Positions 1 to 19,135 of a stretch of 64,000 bases of DNA are shown in pieces. The stretch lies in the NCBI RefSeq assembly GCF_009914755.1, contig NC_060930.1. One strand, given 5' to 3'. The stretch comes from the human T2T-CHM13v2.0 reference genome, Homo sapiens. Position numbers and translations under genes: made by a program. Position 1 is the first letter of the stretch, and each line of letters begins with the position of its first letter. The notes under the pieces are model-generated. The model had not been told where the DNA came from. It was given only the letters and a program-made list of their open reading frames with translations, and did not search any database.

Positions 1-790
1 ATGAAGATAAATTTCTCTATAGATGTGTTCCAGGTAATACATGAAAAGGAGTGATAGGATACCATCATTCCGCAATCCATAGTGAATTATATGTTTAGGC
101 AATAATTATCGATAGATGTTAACTTTACAAAAGAGACAAGCAGACAAGATTCCTGGAAATAAATAATACCACCGTTTGATAGACTTGTCAAAAAAAAAAA
201 TCAAACCTGAATCTGCCCAAGCTTCTAGACCTGACTAGCATATTTTTAGGAAATGTGGGACCAAGGGAATGTGCTACCCATAGCATGGAGACGAATTCAA
301 TACAGTCCAAATCCTGGGAAATTCTACAGGATGAACCACTTGGATTATTTCAACAAAGAAATTATAAGAGGGACAGAAGAGAGATGGAGGGGAACCTATA
401 GATTAAAAGAGATTTACATAAATGTGTGGACCTTATTTGGATTCTGATTTGGACATACTAACTGTAAAACAAAACAAAACATTTATGAGACACTTGGGGT
501 AATTTGAACACTGGCTGGATATTTGATGATATTAAGGGATTACGTATTATTCTTAAGTGTGATAATGTTATTTTGATTATGTTTAAACAACAACAAATAG
601 CTTTCCTATCTTTTAGAGATACTCACTGAAATATTTATGAATAGAATGATGTGATGTCTGGGATTTTCTTCCAAGTTGGTGAATGTTGAAGCTGAGGGAT
701 GGGTCAATGGGAGTTCACTTTCTCTTCTTTTCTGCTTTTGTTTATGATTGACATCTTCCATTATAAAGAGTTTTGAAAAGTTATGGGAAA
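1..790 (+). mobile_element. Old L1 (L1MC/L1ME-type) 3' UTR remnant
   Basis: Motifs 'atcaaacctgaatctg...ctaga', 'aatgtgtggaccttatttggattctgatt' and 'ggatatttgatgatattaagg' resemble L1MC4/5-type 3' ends; heavily diverged. Confidence 0.65.
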
Positions 791-1422
791 AAGGAAAAAA
801 GAGATCACCTTTGGTTTGACTTTTCCCCTCACCCCTCAAATCCTCAGTATGTTTCAGTTGAAATTTATCAGCTGGTCACACTTTAATGTATTACTATATT
901 AAAGAATTTTAATTTTAATATCTTTATATATTAACATGTTTTAATGCTTATTAGACTGATTGCTTTTTAAAACATTTTAATACGTGTTAATTGTGGAAAA
1001 TTTGGATATGTAAGAAAAGCCCAATGAAGACAATTAATAGCACCGATAATCCCACTACTTTGGAGAGAGCTATAGTTAATATTTTTGAGTGTTCGATCTC
1101 ATCAGGAATATATACATATTAAAACATAATTTTAATTATTAAGCAACAAATTTTCTGCTTCTATTTTTTAGCAGCTCATTGTGACCATTTTCCCAAGGCA
1201 TTAGGGGTTCTGTTATAAACAAATTTTAGTGGCTGTTTAGTGTTAACATCCATAGACATCTATGGCAAAATTTACTTAATTCTCTCTCGTTAAACACTAA
1301 ATTAAAAAAAAAAGTCTGTTGTGGAAATGATGCTCTAATAAATAGACTTATAAATATATCTTTTATACATTCTGATTATTTCCTTTGCGTACATTCCTAT
1401 AGTTAAATTGCTGGGTCAGTGA

Positions 1423-1748
<326 letters not shown>

Positions 1749-2129
1749 TTTTGTAGCAATTTTATAAGCCTTTGAAATGTTGACACTGATTTGCACTCCT
1801 GTAAGCTATATATGAGCATGCTTATTTATTCTGTGCTCTATCAACTCTGAATATTATGAATAAAATTTTTTGGCCAGTTTGTTGATGAAAAATAGTGTTA
1901 AATAGTTTTAGTTGGCATTTTTCTGATTATGACTGCCTTTGAACATTTTTTCCTGTTTATTACTCACTAGTTTTTCAGTTACCAGACATATCCTTTGTAC
2001 ATTTTTATATTTGTACATTCTTTTTATGCTTAATTGTACATAGTCTTTATATAATAGGGATTGTATCACTTTGTTAGTCATGTTGCAAGAATTTACCCTG
2101 CATGTTTTAAAATTCAGTGTGTGGAATTA

Positions 2130-2580
<451 letters not shown>

Positions 2581-3540
2581 TCATTTATTTTACATTGGAC
2601 TCTTTAATTCACATAGGTCTTATATTGCCATATTGCTTAGAGTAGAGAGCTAACATTATTTTTCTAGCAGTGACCAATTATTCAAGAAGTTGAACACTTC
2701 TTTGTTCTCTGAGTCAAATTGCTAGTTCCCCTCATATATTCAGATATTTTATATGTAGGCTTTCTGTACTCTTTCAATGAATGCCCTGCTTCCTAATCGT
2801 GCGCAAGTAGTGGTATTTTAAGCCCTGCAAATTCATGGATTGTTTTAATATATAGTATCAGTACTTAAAAAAAAAAAAAACTTTGATTCCATTAAAAAAA
2901 ATCTTGGATATTTTTCCCCTTTCCATCTTCCAAATAGCTTTTTTAGTCTTGTTAATCTCATTCTTGTTAAGGTTCAACAAGAATTTTCTTATAATTTTGA
3001 AGGAGATGACATTAGACCCATTTGGGAGATTTGATATTTTTACATAATTATTCTCATCCAGTAACAAATAATGTGCCACCCTTTAGTGGTGTTCTTTCAT
3101 GTTCTTCAGATAAAGTTTTGTATAGACCCTGTGTCAGTCTTGTTAATTACTAGATATTTTATATATGGTGATGTTTTTGTGAATGGGATCACAAAAATGC
3201 AGCATTTTTATTGAGATATAATTTATGTACCATGTTTTGTGCTTAATTTCAAAGCTAATGTAACTACTAGGCACAGAGCATACATACTACCTTAATACCA
3301 TTTATGGTTTTCTATTTCTTCTTTTCAAGGGTGATTCTGACCACCTATTGATGCGTTTTTTTTTTCAAGACAGGAAGCAGGATTATCTAATGTGGAGATC
3401 TCTGAATTAGGCACACAGAAACATAAGTTCTAACTTCGTCCTGCTTTGTCATAGCTGGGTGTTTGATCTTAGGCAAATCACTTAACCTCTCTGGACTTTT
3501 GGACTTTGTTTTTCTCTAAAGTTCTTTCTAGCTCCGTATT

Positions 3541-3843
<303 letters not shown>

Positions 3844-3940
3844 TAGCTCTATATTTCTAAGTATATAATGGCCCTCAAAATATTTGAGCCTTAGAGTTTG
3901 TATTCTAGAAAGAGGGAAATCAGAATTTACATGGTATCAT

Positions 3941-4329
<389 letters not shown>

Positions 4330-5534
4330 TTAATTGTTCAGAATATTGACTTTGTTTCCTGAGTCTATCAAGCATGATTCAGAATAAAGCATGACTTCAC
4401 TCTGTAAGGATGTGTCACCCCTCTATTTTAGATGTCATTTTAACACTTCTGAGGGGAAGAACACGTTTTTATTTTAAGGTTTATTTTTATAACAAATGAC
4501 CCAACTGTAGTATTTTTGAACCTGGTGGCATTTTAATATTAGCTGTTTCCTTCCTATTGATGCAAGAAAAGCATTCACTTAAATCTGAAGTGAAATCTGC
4601 AGTGTAATTTGAAACCTGAAATGCTTATTGATTATGGTAAAGAATGGAAAATTAATGACTTTGGGAATCTATGCCACAGTCAAATTGAGCAGAGAATGTT
4701 CTCCTGGTAGGGTGCTTTGGATGCTAACTTCTATTAGCTGCTGCTCATTTCTACCACTAAATATCTAACAACACTGTTCTCAGAAGTAACTGAACTTGCA
4801 GAAATAGCTCATGAAGTCATTTTCTATTTAAATAGTCTGCACTTTTTAGAATAAATACTCTTTAACTAGGATGATATTAACGTATGTCTTCGACAGCAAC
4901 TGCATTGAGAAGACAGCCTTTGCAAAACACTCTTGTCCCCCATCCAAGTATGGGTCTTTTATGACAGATTGTTGTGTATCTGAGGAAGCTATTGTGTCAA
5001 CAATGAGCATCATAATGAGTCTAAAAATCTGACTCAATGGAACAAATGCATTTTAATGGCATGCATTTTACTTTAAAAGGATGTACCAAAATAGAGCAAG
5101 AGTCTGAAAGCAGGGCATTATTTTATAATGAAAGACTAATATATGGGTAGTTCAAACTAAAGGAAGAGTGTGACTGGGAATGAAAATTGACTTAGGGTGG
5201 ATAAGATCACTCCCATCAGCAAACCACAAATGCTGGGGGAGAGTTAGCTGAAGTGGTACAGGAGCGAAAATTAAAGTGGTTACCAACACCCAGGAATGTC
5301 CTTTACTGAGATGCTGACCTAAGTGGGCAGATGGCTTCCTATGGCACTCTTCACAGGCTGGCATTGCAATATCACATTTACTCACTTTACCAAAATGCCA
5401 TGAAGTTAATGCTGGAATAACCTGTTTCTTTTCATGTTTAAATTCTACTTATTAAGTGTGGTGTAATATTGAGGGGAAAGGAGTAAGTTTAGAGACTGAG
5501 ATAAATTTCTAACATGTTTAGAATAGCGCTTAAG

Positions 5535-5938
<404 letters not shown>

Positions 5939-5980
5939 TCACCATACTTCTGTAATTGATTTTTAAAGACTGTGCATTAT

Positions 5981-6289
5981 TTGTTTTTTTGTTGTTGTTG
6001 TTTTTTTTTTTTTTTTTTTGTGAGACGGAGTCTCTCTCTGTCGCCTAGGCTGGAGTGCAGTGGTGTGATCTTGGCTCATTGAAGTCTCTGCCTCCCAGGT
6101 TCAAGCGAGTCTCCTGCCTCAGCCTACTAAGTAGCTGGGATTATAGGCACTCACCACCACACCCAGCTAATTTTTGCATTTTTGGTAGACGGAGTTTCAC
6201 CATGTTGGCCAGGCTGGTCTCCAACTCCTGACTTCGGGTGATCCACCCGCCTTGTCTGGGATTACAGGTCTGAGCTACCATGCCTGGCC
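5981..6289 (-). mobile_element. AluS
   Basis: Antisense Alu with T/GTT tail. Confidence 0.92.
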
Positions 6290-6424
6290 TATTTGTATTT
6301 TTTGAAAGAGAACTTGCAATTTGTGGAAATATACCATAGTACATTTTCTGCATTTATATTATTCTGTTTATTATATTGGAAACTCTGCACATGTGCACTT
6401 ACATACTAAAAAAATTAGGCATGA

Positions 6425-6798
<374 letters not shown>

Positions 6799-8469
6799 CT
6801 AAAAAGAGCAACAACTCTATTCTATCAGAGGCCTCTTAGGCCAAACCCGTTTGGCCAGATGGAATAGAGAAAACTGTAAGAAGAATGTGAGTATTCCATT
6901 GTCGCATAAGACATTTTATTTTCTGGGCAGGATTTCCTGTTGACCCCAATTCACCATTTATGTCTCTTACCATCTCCTCTTTCCTGCTTTTTCTGCCTGC
7001 AATGTTGTTTCAGATTTCTTTTGCAAATTGCCAACTTCATGCATGCATGGTGCAGTTCTTTTTTCCTTCCCTCAGATGCCTCCTTTTGGCTATTGGCAGC
7101 CTTGCATAGGGCAAGGATGCCTTTTCAGAAATACTGTGTGATTCACAACTTCTTGGGGTGGAAGTCTGTGAAGAGATAAATAACTGTAAGAATGAGAATA
7201 AGTACTACTAATTGAACATGGCTGTGGTGGGTAGGTGGATTTGTATGCATAGTGGCCTCCTGAGGAAGGTGCCTTACCCTGACATGCAATCCTAGGTGCC
7301 CTTTGGCATGAAGCATCCGTGTGGTTTACAAGTTTAACGCAGAACAGGAGCTCCAAGGATCTGAAGGGCGGTAAAGCTAAATGCACATTTCCTAGTCTTC
7401 TAGGCTGAGGAGAGTATGATCTTCTTTGAGAAAGTCATAGGGTGGGTAAAATGCTACTTTGCAAGAGGTACATGCTCTTAGAGCACTGTTGTATGCTATC
7501 AGTCCAACCATGTTATAAACTATTTAGGAAAATGGACTGTATCCTATCTACCTCTGCATTATCTGTGAAACAGTGCCTTCCGTTGAAGCACAGATAGCTG
7601 TGGCTGAATGAATTGAGCAGACATTCAAATGCTTGTTGGATGTGAGGGAAAAATTAAGGAAACATTCCCTCTCCATTCCAAGTTCCCAAACTTTTCATTC
7701 GTCTGTGTTCTGTTATTTTCTCCCACTGAAAAAAAGCCTGGAAGGGACAGATGATACAAAGAAGACATTCTTGTCCATTGGCATGTGAGAAAGAAGGGCA
7801 GAGGTTAAAGAGGGAACAGGGAGTCAAGCTTTGGGGCTAAAGAGGCGTCCTCAGGCTAGTAAGGTGGATGGGGAGCTTGTGGGGAGGGACCATCAGTGTG
7901 GGGGCTGCCCTGGGAGGTCATGTCTAGTTCCACGTAAAGCCCCAGAAGTGACCTTCTGGGTCTTTACCCATGGAATTCCAGACTATACTGCAGTGAGAAG
8001 AAAGACGTCTTTTGTTCTTTGGCTAACTGTGCATTCCAGACTCTAATTTGGAAAGGCCAGATCTGTGAGTGATAACAGGGTCCATTTAAGGAAAAGCCAT
8101 CTTTGTTGAAAATGGAATAGGGCAAGGGTGAAAAGGTGGGGCGAGGCAGATGTCAGTTTTGTGTATTGCAGTATTCCATTATCTAAAACAGTGCAGGCAG
8201 ATAGTAAGTGCTTAATACCTAGTTGTTGAATGAATGCTTGATGACGATCTTTGAGGTATTATTTGCTATAGGAGTTTCAGTACAGGAGTATTTTAAGGAG
8301 ATTTCAGAGTGCCCTTGGAAGCTGCTGGTAAAGAGGAACTCTCTAGCAAGGTGACCAGGTTAGACACAGAAAAAAATGCTTCTGGTCATGGTCACCCCTT
8401 CCCAGGCTAAAAGTACTCATTGGCACCAGGAACCCTTCCCTATATTTTAAAAAATATTATAGCCCATAA

Positions 8470-8878
<409 letters not shown>

Positions 8879-10084
8879 AATCTCTTTTTCTAAGGCATTG
8901 CACACCTACACATGTGTAACCCAGGAGGGTGGCACGGGAAATATTTCCAACCTGGAGACATCGTAGAGAGAGGAAGTGCTCCTTCAGGAGGACAAATGGA
9001 AACATCTGCTGCAGCTTCTTAGCACTCTCCTGGCTTACCTTTTCAGTTGCTCAACCCTAAATAAATTTGCTCAACCATAGACATCAGGGCACACTACGGG
9101 AACATTATGGGCATGGCATTTGGCAAGCATTTATTCACAGTTCACAAATATGGATTGAACCCCGACTGTGTGTTAGATAGTCTCCTGGATTTGTGGGCTG
9201 TGGGTATGAATAAGGCAGCCACCCTCCCTCCTTAGGGCACAAACAGAATTAACTTATTCTTCTCCAGGAGAAGTAAGCTCATGATAAGAAACCAAATTTA
9301 TGAATTACTTATTTTTTTGCTAGGCTCCGTGCAAAGACACTTTGCATACCTTAATTCACTTAATACTCAGGAAAACCCTGTGAGAAAAATTTTAGAGCTG
9401 TGGAAACTCTCAGCCTTTGAGGATTTGGATAACCTGCCCAAGGCCACTTTGAATCTAATAAATGCTCCTTGGTCCAATCGAAGTTGCTTCTCACTATTAC
9501 ACACCCTACACTCCTATAAGATGCTAATGGAATTGATCCTGCCATGCTCTAGGTGAGGGGAAGAGCTGAAATAGCAGAGTTTAAAAATCTCTACACCAAA
9601 GTCCATCTCTGCTACTGTTTCCCACTGCTTCCTTGAATGGTTGGGTACATACTTGTCTGGGCCACATTGCTTTCTCTTTATGTGGGGCTTGTTTGGAAAG
9701 ATCTTTGTTTTCTTGAGTCCCTGGTTACCATCAGTCATTTTTCATAGAAATACAAATGAATTAGCCTGATGTAAAGGAAGGATTCTTATTTTATTCTCGG
9801 AAGAAAACCTTGGAACTTAAATTCAAATTTTCTTTAAATCATTAAAAATGAATGAGATCGTTTTCATACCTCCTAAAATATATTGTTTTTCTTTTTAAGA
9901 ATTTAAAGTTGATCTTATCTCACCTTATTGCATTTCTCTAAAGTAGGTTCTGGCACGAATAGCTATAAGTGCAATAAATTGAATGTTTTGACCAACTAAT
10001 AAAATGGCAAAAATCACTAGCAGAAAACATATACCAAGAGAGTATTTTCTGTCTTCACTACTCTACAGATACCTCTTTCTAAAA

Positions 10085-11348
10085 AAATTTATTTTACAGT
10101 GGTAAGAACACTTTACATGAAATCTATCTTTAACAAATTTTTAAGTGGACAATATGGTATTGTTGACTATATGTACAGTGTCGTCTAGCAGATCCCTAGA
10201 ACTTACTTATCTTGTTGAACTGAAACTTTATACCTACTGATTAGTAACTCCTCATTCTCCCTTCCTCCCAGTCCTACCATTCTAGTCTTTGATTCTATGA
10301 ATTTGAATATTTTTGGATACCTCATATAAGTGCATTTATGCAATATTTGTCTTTGCGTAACTGGGTATTTCATTGATGTTGGCTCATATTGCAGAATTTC
10401 CTTCTTTTTAAAGGCTGAATAATCCTGTATGTGTGTGTGTACACCACATTTTAAAAATCTATTGATCTTTTGATACACATTTAAGTTGTTTCCATATCTT
10501 AGCTATTGTGAATAATTTTGCAGTGAAAATGGGAGTTCTGGTATCTCTTTGAGACCTTGATTTCAATTCTTCTGGATAAATACCCAAAAGTAAAGCTGGG
10601 TATGGTGGCTTATGCCTGTGATTACAGCACTTTGGGAGGCCAAGACAGGAGTATGGCTTGAGACCAGGGATTTTAGACCAATCTAGGTAATGTAGTAAGA
10701 CCCTCCCTCTACCCGCCCCCCCAGAAATAAAAATTAGCTGAGAGTGGTGATGTGTACCTGTAGTCCTAGCTACTCCGGAGGCTAAGGCAGGAGGATCACT
10801 GGAGCCCAGGAAATCAAGGGATGGTGCCGCTGCCCTCCAGCTAGAGTGACAGAGCAAGAACCTATCTTAAAAAGCACAAAAAACAAGCAGCAAAAAATAC
10901 CCAAAAGTGGCATTACTGAATCATATGGTAGTTGTATTTTTAATTTTTTCAGGAACTTACTGTTTTCTATAGTGGCTGTACCATTTTGCGTTCCCACCAA
11001 CAGCGGGTTCCAATTTCTCTACATCCTCGCCAACACTTGTGTTTTGTATTTTTGATAATAGCCATCCTCACATGTATAAGGTGATATCTCATTGTGATTT
11101 TGATTTGTGTTTCCTTGATGATTAGTGATGTCAAACTAAAAAGCTTCTGTCCTGTAAAGGAAACAATCAACAGTGTTAAAAGGCAACCCATGGAATTTGG
11201 AGAAAATATTTGCAAACCATATGTCTGATAAGATGTGAATCCCAAAAACATATAAAGAACCCTTACAATGAAATAGCAAAAAGACTAATAACCTGATTAA
11301 AAAATGGGCTAAGGACTTGTATAGGTATGTCTCTAGAGAAGACATACA
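10085..11348 (-). mobile_element. L1MA9/MA10-like element with 5' inversion, interrupted by AluJ
   Basis: Antisense L1 3' end 10085-11131; sense ORF2 segment 11131-11348 (tcaaactaaaaagcttctg...gaagacataca). Confidence 0.85.
10594..10897 (+). mobile_element. AluJ inserted in L1
   Basis: Diverged Alu; TSD aaatacccaaaagt on both sides. Confidence 0.9.
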
Positions 11349-11652
<304 letters not shown>

Positions 11653-12605
11653 TCTTTATTCCTATTCTTTAGGTGCAAAGTCACAGATACAGTGGTGCTT
11701 CATTCAAACTCAAGTTACACCTGAGTGCCTTCCTCTTGAGGGCGTGACATGCCACACTTAATATACCTCTCCAAAAACATATGGCTTGATTTAGGTATTG
11801 TTAAAATAGCTCCACTGTATACTTTGTTTCACTGGAATTAAAAAGGAAATTGTCTTGCTCACACAAAAGTGCAAGACAAACAGTTGAGTGTCTGTGTATT
11901 ATTGTCAAATAGAATGGATGTAGGATGTAAGTTTTAGCTGCGACGCACTCTAGAATGCGGAATTCCCCTTGCAATTGAAAGGATATGGAGCGTCCTTTCG
12001 AGGACTGCCTCACATATTAAATATATATCTTGTTTTGTCTGGGGACTGCTACTCAGGACTCTGCCATCTGTAGTGGGTGGCAACCAAATCTCAGTCTTGA
12101 AGAATTCATCTGTTAATTTTCTTTCTTCCTCTGACTTGATGATACCATTGTGGTTACTTCTCCTCCCTCTCCAATCAATAACATCTCATTTTCCATTATT
12201 ACATCTTAAGTATATTGCAATTGTTGCAAGCTGTTACATTTTCATTTTGGAAATGTGATGGTTGGAAAAAATCACCCATCTGATGATAAAGAAAAAGGAG
12301 TAGGAGTCAAGTCCTCCAAATACTGACTGTCTTTTGGATGACTTAGTTCTTAAATGGAAGAGCAACTCTACCTGCATACATTTCGCAGTGTTAGCTCACC
12401 CAGCCATACCCTTTTATAGATGAAGACCCTGGAGCTTGGGGATGAAGTCACCTGCCCATGTGGGGTGAATGTAGCTCCCAGAGCCCGGAGTCCTCATTCC
12501 ACTCCACCTACTTCTTTTAAGCTTTACATTTGAAAGAATATCAGGATTTTAGAAGCAGTGTCTTATTTCTCTTTGAATATAAGGAAAGATGTGTTTGACA
12601 ATTAA

Positions 12606-12928
<323 letters not shown>

Positions 12929-13613
12929 TGAAATCACCCAGAATTCTGCACTGCTTTTCTTTACCCAAATGTTGGAGTGGCAGGCCTCACACAATGTCTG
13001 GAGTTGGGTGACAAATTAGTTTTAACAAATGGAAGAAATCTCCCGAAAGGTAATTTCCTGCAAGTCTCTTTGTGTTAGTGTTTTTAATGCTTTGGTTGTT
13101 CTTTAATGGAAAACACTTTTTTTGTGTGTGTGGGGTAGGGTGAGGGATGGTTCTAGCTTTTTACCAATGCATTTCAAATTTAGAAAAAATAGAATAGTTC
13201 ATGTGTGAAAAGTTGTGTGGGAACCTTTCTTGGAAAGAAATTTAAATGTTTAGGAAATGTGTTCTAAATTGCAAGAAGAGTGTGGTTTAAGACTGCATGG
13301 CCTGGTGGGATTGTGCAATGTTGGGACCAGGGTACAGCTCAATCTAGTCTGGGATTACCCATGGGTGAGCCTGCCATGGGGCTACCCTCTCCATAACGGC
13401 ATGGGCTCAGGGGTGTTGGTGGGAGGATGGGGATGGGTGTGCTGAACTTCCCCTTCCTCCCATCCCCACTGGCTTGTGCCCTGCGGCCAGTGGCAGGCAG
13501 TGGTGGTTCTGGCTGGTGAACACATTGGAGGAAGAGCAGAAATTCAGTACTCGGGACACATTTTTTTTAGGGAAGCGTGTCTTTGCAATTTGAGTTATAA
13601 ATGCAAAATGAGA

Positions 13614-14520
<907 letters not shown>

Positions 14521-14582
14521 GATTGGAAATGAGGGTTATTTCCCTTTGCAAGGCACAATACTATACTCTTTTCACAACAAAA

Positions 14583-15097
14583 TGACGAGGAAAAGAGTCA
14601 AACTCTATAAAATATTTAAAGAGGTTTATTCTGAGCCACGTATGAGTGACCGTGGCCCCAGGCACAATCTCAGGAGGCCTTGAAAACATGTACCCAAGGT
14701 GGTTGAGTTACAGTTTGGTTTTGTTTTAGGGAGACATAAGATATCAATCACCACATGTGGAGTATACATTGGTTCTGTCTGGAAAGGCAGCATAACTCAA
14801 CGTGGGGACTTACAGGTCATAGGTGAATTCAAATATTTTCTGATTAGCAGTTGGTTGAAAGAGTTAAGTAATTATCTAAAGACCTGAAGGAGTGTTTGGG
14901 TTAAGATAAGGGGTGGTGGAGACCAAGGTTCTTATTATGAAGTCTCATAGGTGGCTGCCATCAGAGACAATAGATGGCAAGTGTTTCCTATTCAGACCTT
15001 GAAAGATGCTAGACTTAGTTAATCTCTTCACCGTTGAGAGGGTCTGGAAAGGGGAAGGACCCAGTAATGTTAGTAGAGGTTCTTTACAGATGCAGTT

Positions 15098-15151
<54 letters not shown>

Positions 15152-15432
15152 ACACACACACACACCCACGCGCACACACACACACACACACCGGCTTTGT
15201 AGGAGCATTTCAAAATATGGCAAGGAAACATTTTTTGGTTATAAAATATTTTGATTTCCTTCCATATCTGTCATGTGATTTTATGCCAGAGTCAGGTTGG
15301 AAAGTAAGCCAAGTTATATAGGGTTAAGTAAAACCCATGGGATGAGATTTTATGGTTTGTAGGGTGTGACTCCCCAGGTCCTTTAGATAAGAATTTGGGC
15401 AAGAGAGGAAAAAGGTCAGAGTTTAGTTTGCA
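14583..15432 (-). mobile_element. MER4E-type solo LTR (ERV1)
   Basis: aaaagagtcaaactct...tttattctgagcca and aatttgggcaagagaggaaaaaggtcagagtttagt match recalled MER4D/E consensus in reverse; TG...CA termini. Confidence 0.85.
15097..15191. repeat. (CT)n(CA)n compound microsatellite within the MER4 LTR
   Basis: Directly visible. Confidence 0.97.
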
Positions 15433-15589
15433 AAAGAAAAATCCTCAGGTGAAGGTTATGCCCCAAAGGAATAGATTGAACTGATTGTAGTAATGGGGCC
15501 AATTTTGTAGGCATCCATTACTTTTTTTCTCTCTCTTCTTTCCCTGCCTCCAGCTCCTTTAAGTCTATTCTCTTTTCTTGAGTCATGAT

Positions 15590-15726
15590 TTGGCTCCGTT
15601 TCCCAGGCTAGAGTGTAGTGGTGCAACCAAGACACACTGCAGCCTCGAATTCCTGGGTGCAAGCGATCCTCCCCATTCAGCCTCCTATGTAGCTGAGACT
15701 ACAGTTGTGCACTACCACACCTGGCT
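15590..15726 (-). mobile_element. Alu right-arm/FRAM-like fragment
   Basis: cccaggctagagtgtagtgg...cactgcagcctcgaattcctggg. Confidence 0.8.
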
Positions 15727-15832
15727 TCTTCACGTCTGTTCTATTAACCTATGAAGGCAAAAATTGATTTTTGCCTTCATAATATTTCTGTGTGTTTGTG
15801 TACATTTTAATATAAATGATATCAGATGCACC

Positions 15833-16333
15833 TGTATAAGTTTTCATATGGCTGATGTAACAAAGTAGCACAAATTTGGTGGCTTAACAGAAATGTATTC
15901 CTTCCAGTTCTGGAGGGAAGAAGTCCAAAATCAGTGTCACTGGGATGAAAAGGTGTCAGCAGAACTGTATTCCCAACAAGGGCTCTATTGAAGGATTGGT
16001 TCCTTGTGTCTTCCAGCTTCTGGTGGCTGCCAACATTCCTTGGCTTGTGGCTGCTGCACTCCAATCTTCAAGGCCAGTGTCTGTTCATCTCTCTCTGCTC
16101 CACCTTCACATTGCCTTCTCCTGTGTGCGTTCATGTCAAATCTCCCTCCCCTCTCTCATAATGACACTTGCGACTATGTTAAGGTACCATCCAGGTGACC
16201 CATGATAATTTCCCCATCCAAAGATCCTTAATTTAATCACATCTGCAAAGATCTTTTATCCAAATAAGGTAGTATTTATAGACCCCAGGGATTAGGACCT
16301 GATGCCTTTGGAGCCTCTATTCAGTCTCTTATA
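15833..16333 (-). mobile_element. MLT1C/D-type MaLR LTR
   Basis: tgtataagttt...gtaacaaa...cacaaatttggtggctta; cttccagcttctggtggctgcc; ccttaatttaatcacatctgcaaag. Confidence 0.85.
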
Positions 16334-16595
16334 ATACCTATTATGCAACTTGCTTTTCTTGAAGTCCACAATCTCTCTTAGAGATTTTTTTTTTCCATAT
16401 TGGCTAACATAGACCTTCTTCACTCGATGTCATTGCTGTAGAGTGTACCCAGGATGGGTATTTCATATTTTGTTTTTAGTTTATTAAATTGATGAGCAAT
16501 GTTTTGTTTTTATTTTTTCCATTACAGACATGTGGCAATGATTGGGGAAGGGGCTAAAGTGATACACACTGATTGATAGTATTTGTTACATCTCA

Positions 16596-17034
<439 letters not shown>

Positions 17035-17069
17035 TCACCAGCTGTCTGGCCTTAGGCATTAACCTCTCT

Positions 17070-17235
17070 CTCAGTGCCTCGGGTGCTGGGCGCTTAGTCT
17101 GTAAAACAGGTATCATCATAGCATCTACCTCCTGGGTTCTCAGGGGTTTTGGAGGAGTTAATATATCTAAAGCATTCAAAACCCGCCAGGCACACAGTGG
17201 GTACTTTACTAGTGTTAGTTTTTGTTGTTATTGTT
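17070..17235 (+). mobile_element. MIR
   Basis: ctgtaaaacagg...tctacctcctgggtt...taaagca core motif. Confidence 0.65.
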
Positions 17236-17290
17236 AACAGCTCCTTTCCCCACCCACGCCCAAGGAAAAACTCTCAAATAGCTGGCATGA

Positions 17291-17842
<552 letters not shown>

Positions 17843-18258
17843 TAAAGCAGCTTAAACAATGGGACAAAGGTCACATTCTATTGTATTTCTAGAGGGATGA
17901 CACCTAGCTAGATTGTGTGACTAGAAAGACTGAAAATTTCCAACAGAAGGAATAGCAAGCAGGCTGAGAGGACCGGAAAGGTACCTAACCCTAAAGCTTG
18001 TGTAAAGTAGAGTGATAAAAACTCACAGAAACTAAGTTGCCTAGCACAGTTCAGTAGTGAAGGCAGTCTTTATGGCAGGAGGGTAAATAGAGGTATTTAA
18101 GATAAAAGTCTAAAACACTTAGATTTTGCTTAATGATGTCAAAGAAATGTTCTTAATTTTATGGAAAAACTGTTTTTTAAATCCTAGAAAATTCTACCTA
18201 ATTCTTTTGGTGTGTACATGTGTATGTGGGTGTGTACAGACACACCTTCATATTTTAA

Positions 18259-18838
<580 letters not shown>

Positions 18839-19135
18839 TTGAACCTGCTAACTTTCAACAGTGTATATTGTTAATTTAGGGGATGTTTTAATTCCAGGTA
18901 CTTAAATGTTCTTGTGAGACACAATGTATCATTTCCGAATAAGCCCTTTTCTTTTTTCTGATTCACTTTTCTCCAAATTTCCCAAATTTGCTAATAATAG
19001 AGGTGAGTTAAACTGGACTCTAGCATTCTGATGTGTTTGTTCAAGATCTGGTTCGCAGCTTTTGTAGTCAACTGGTTTTGTGTGACAAAGTTCTGTATGC
19101 TTATAAAAGTTTTAAAATCATTTCATAATTGGTGA

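Noticed and set aside
4846-5037. Non-repeat 63-aa minus ORF and a possible plus-strand exon near 4870-4947
   Set aside because: No recognisable protein similarity and weak splice signals
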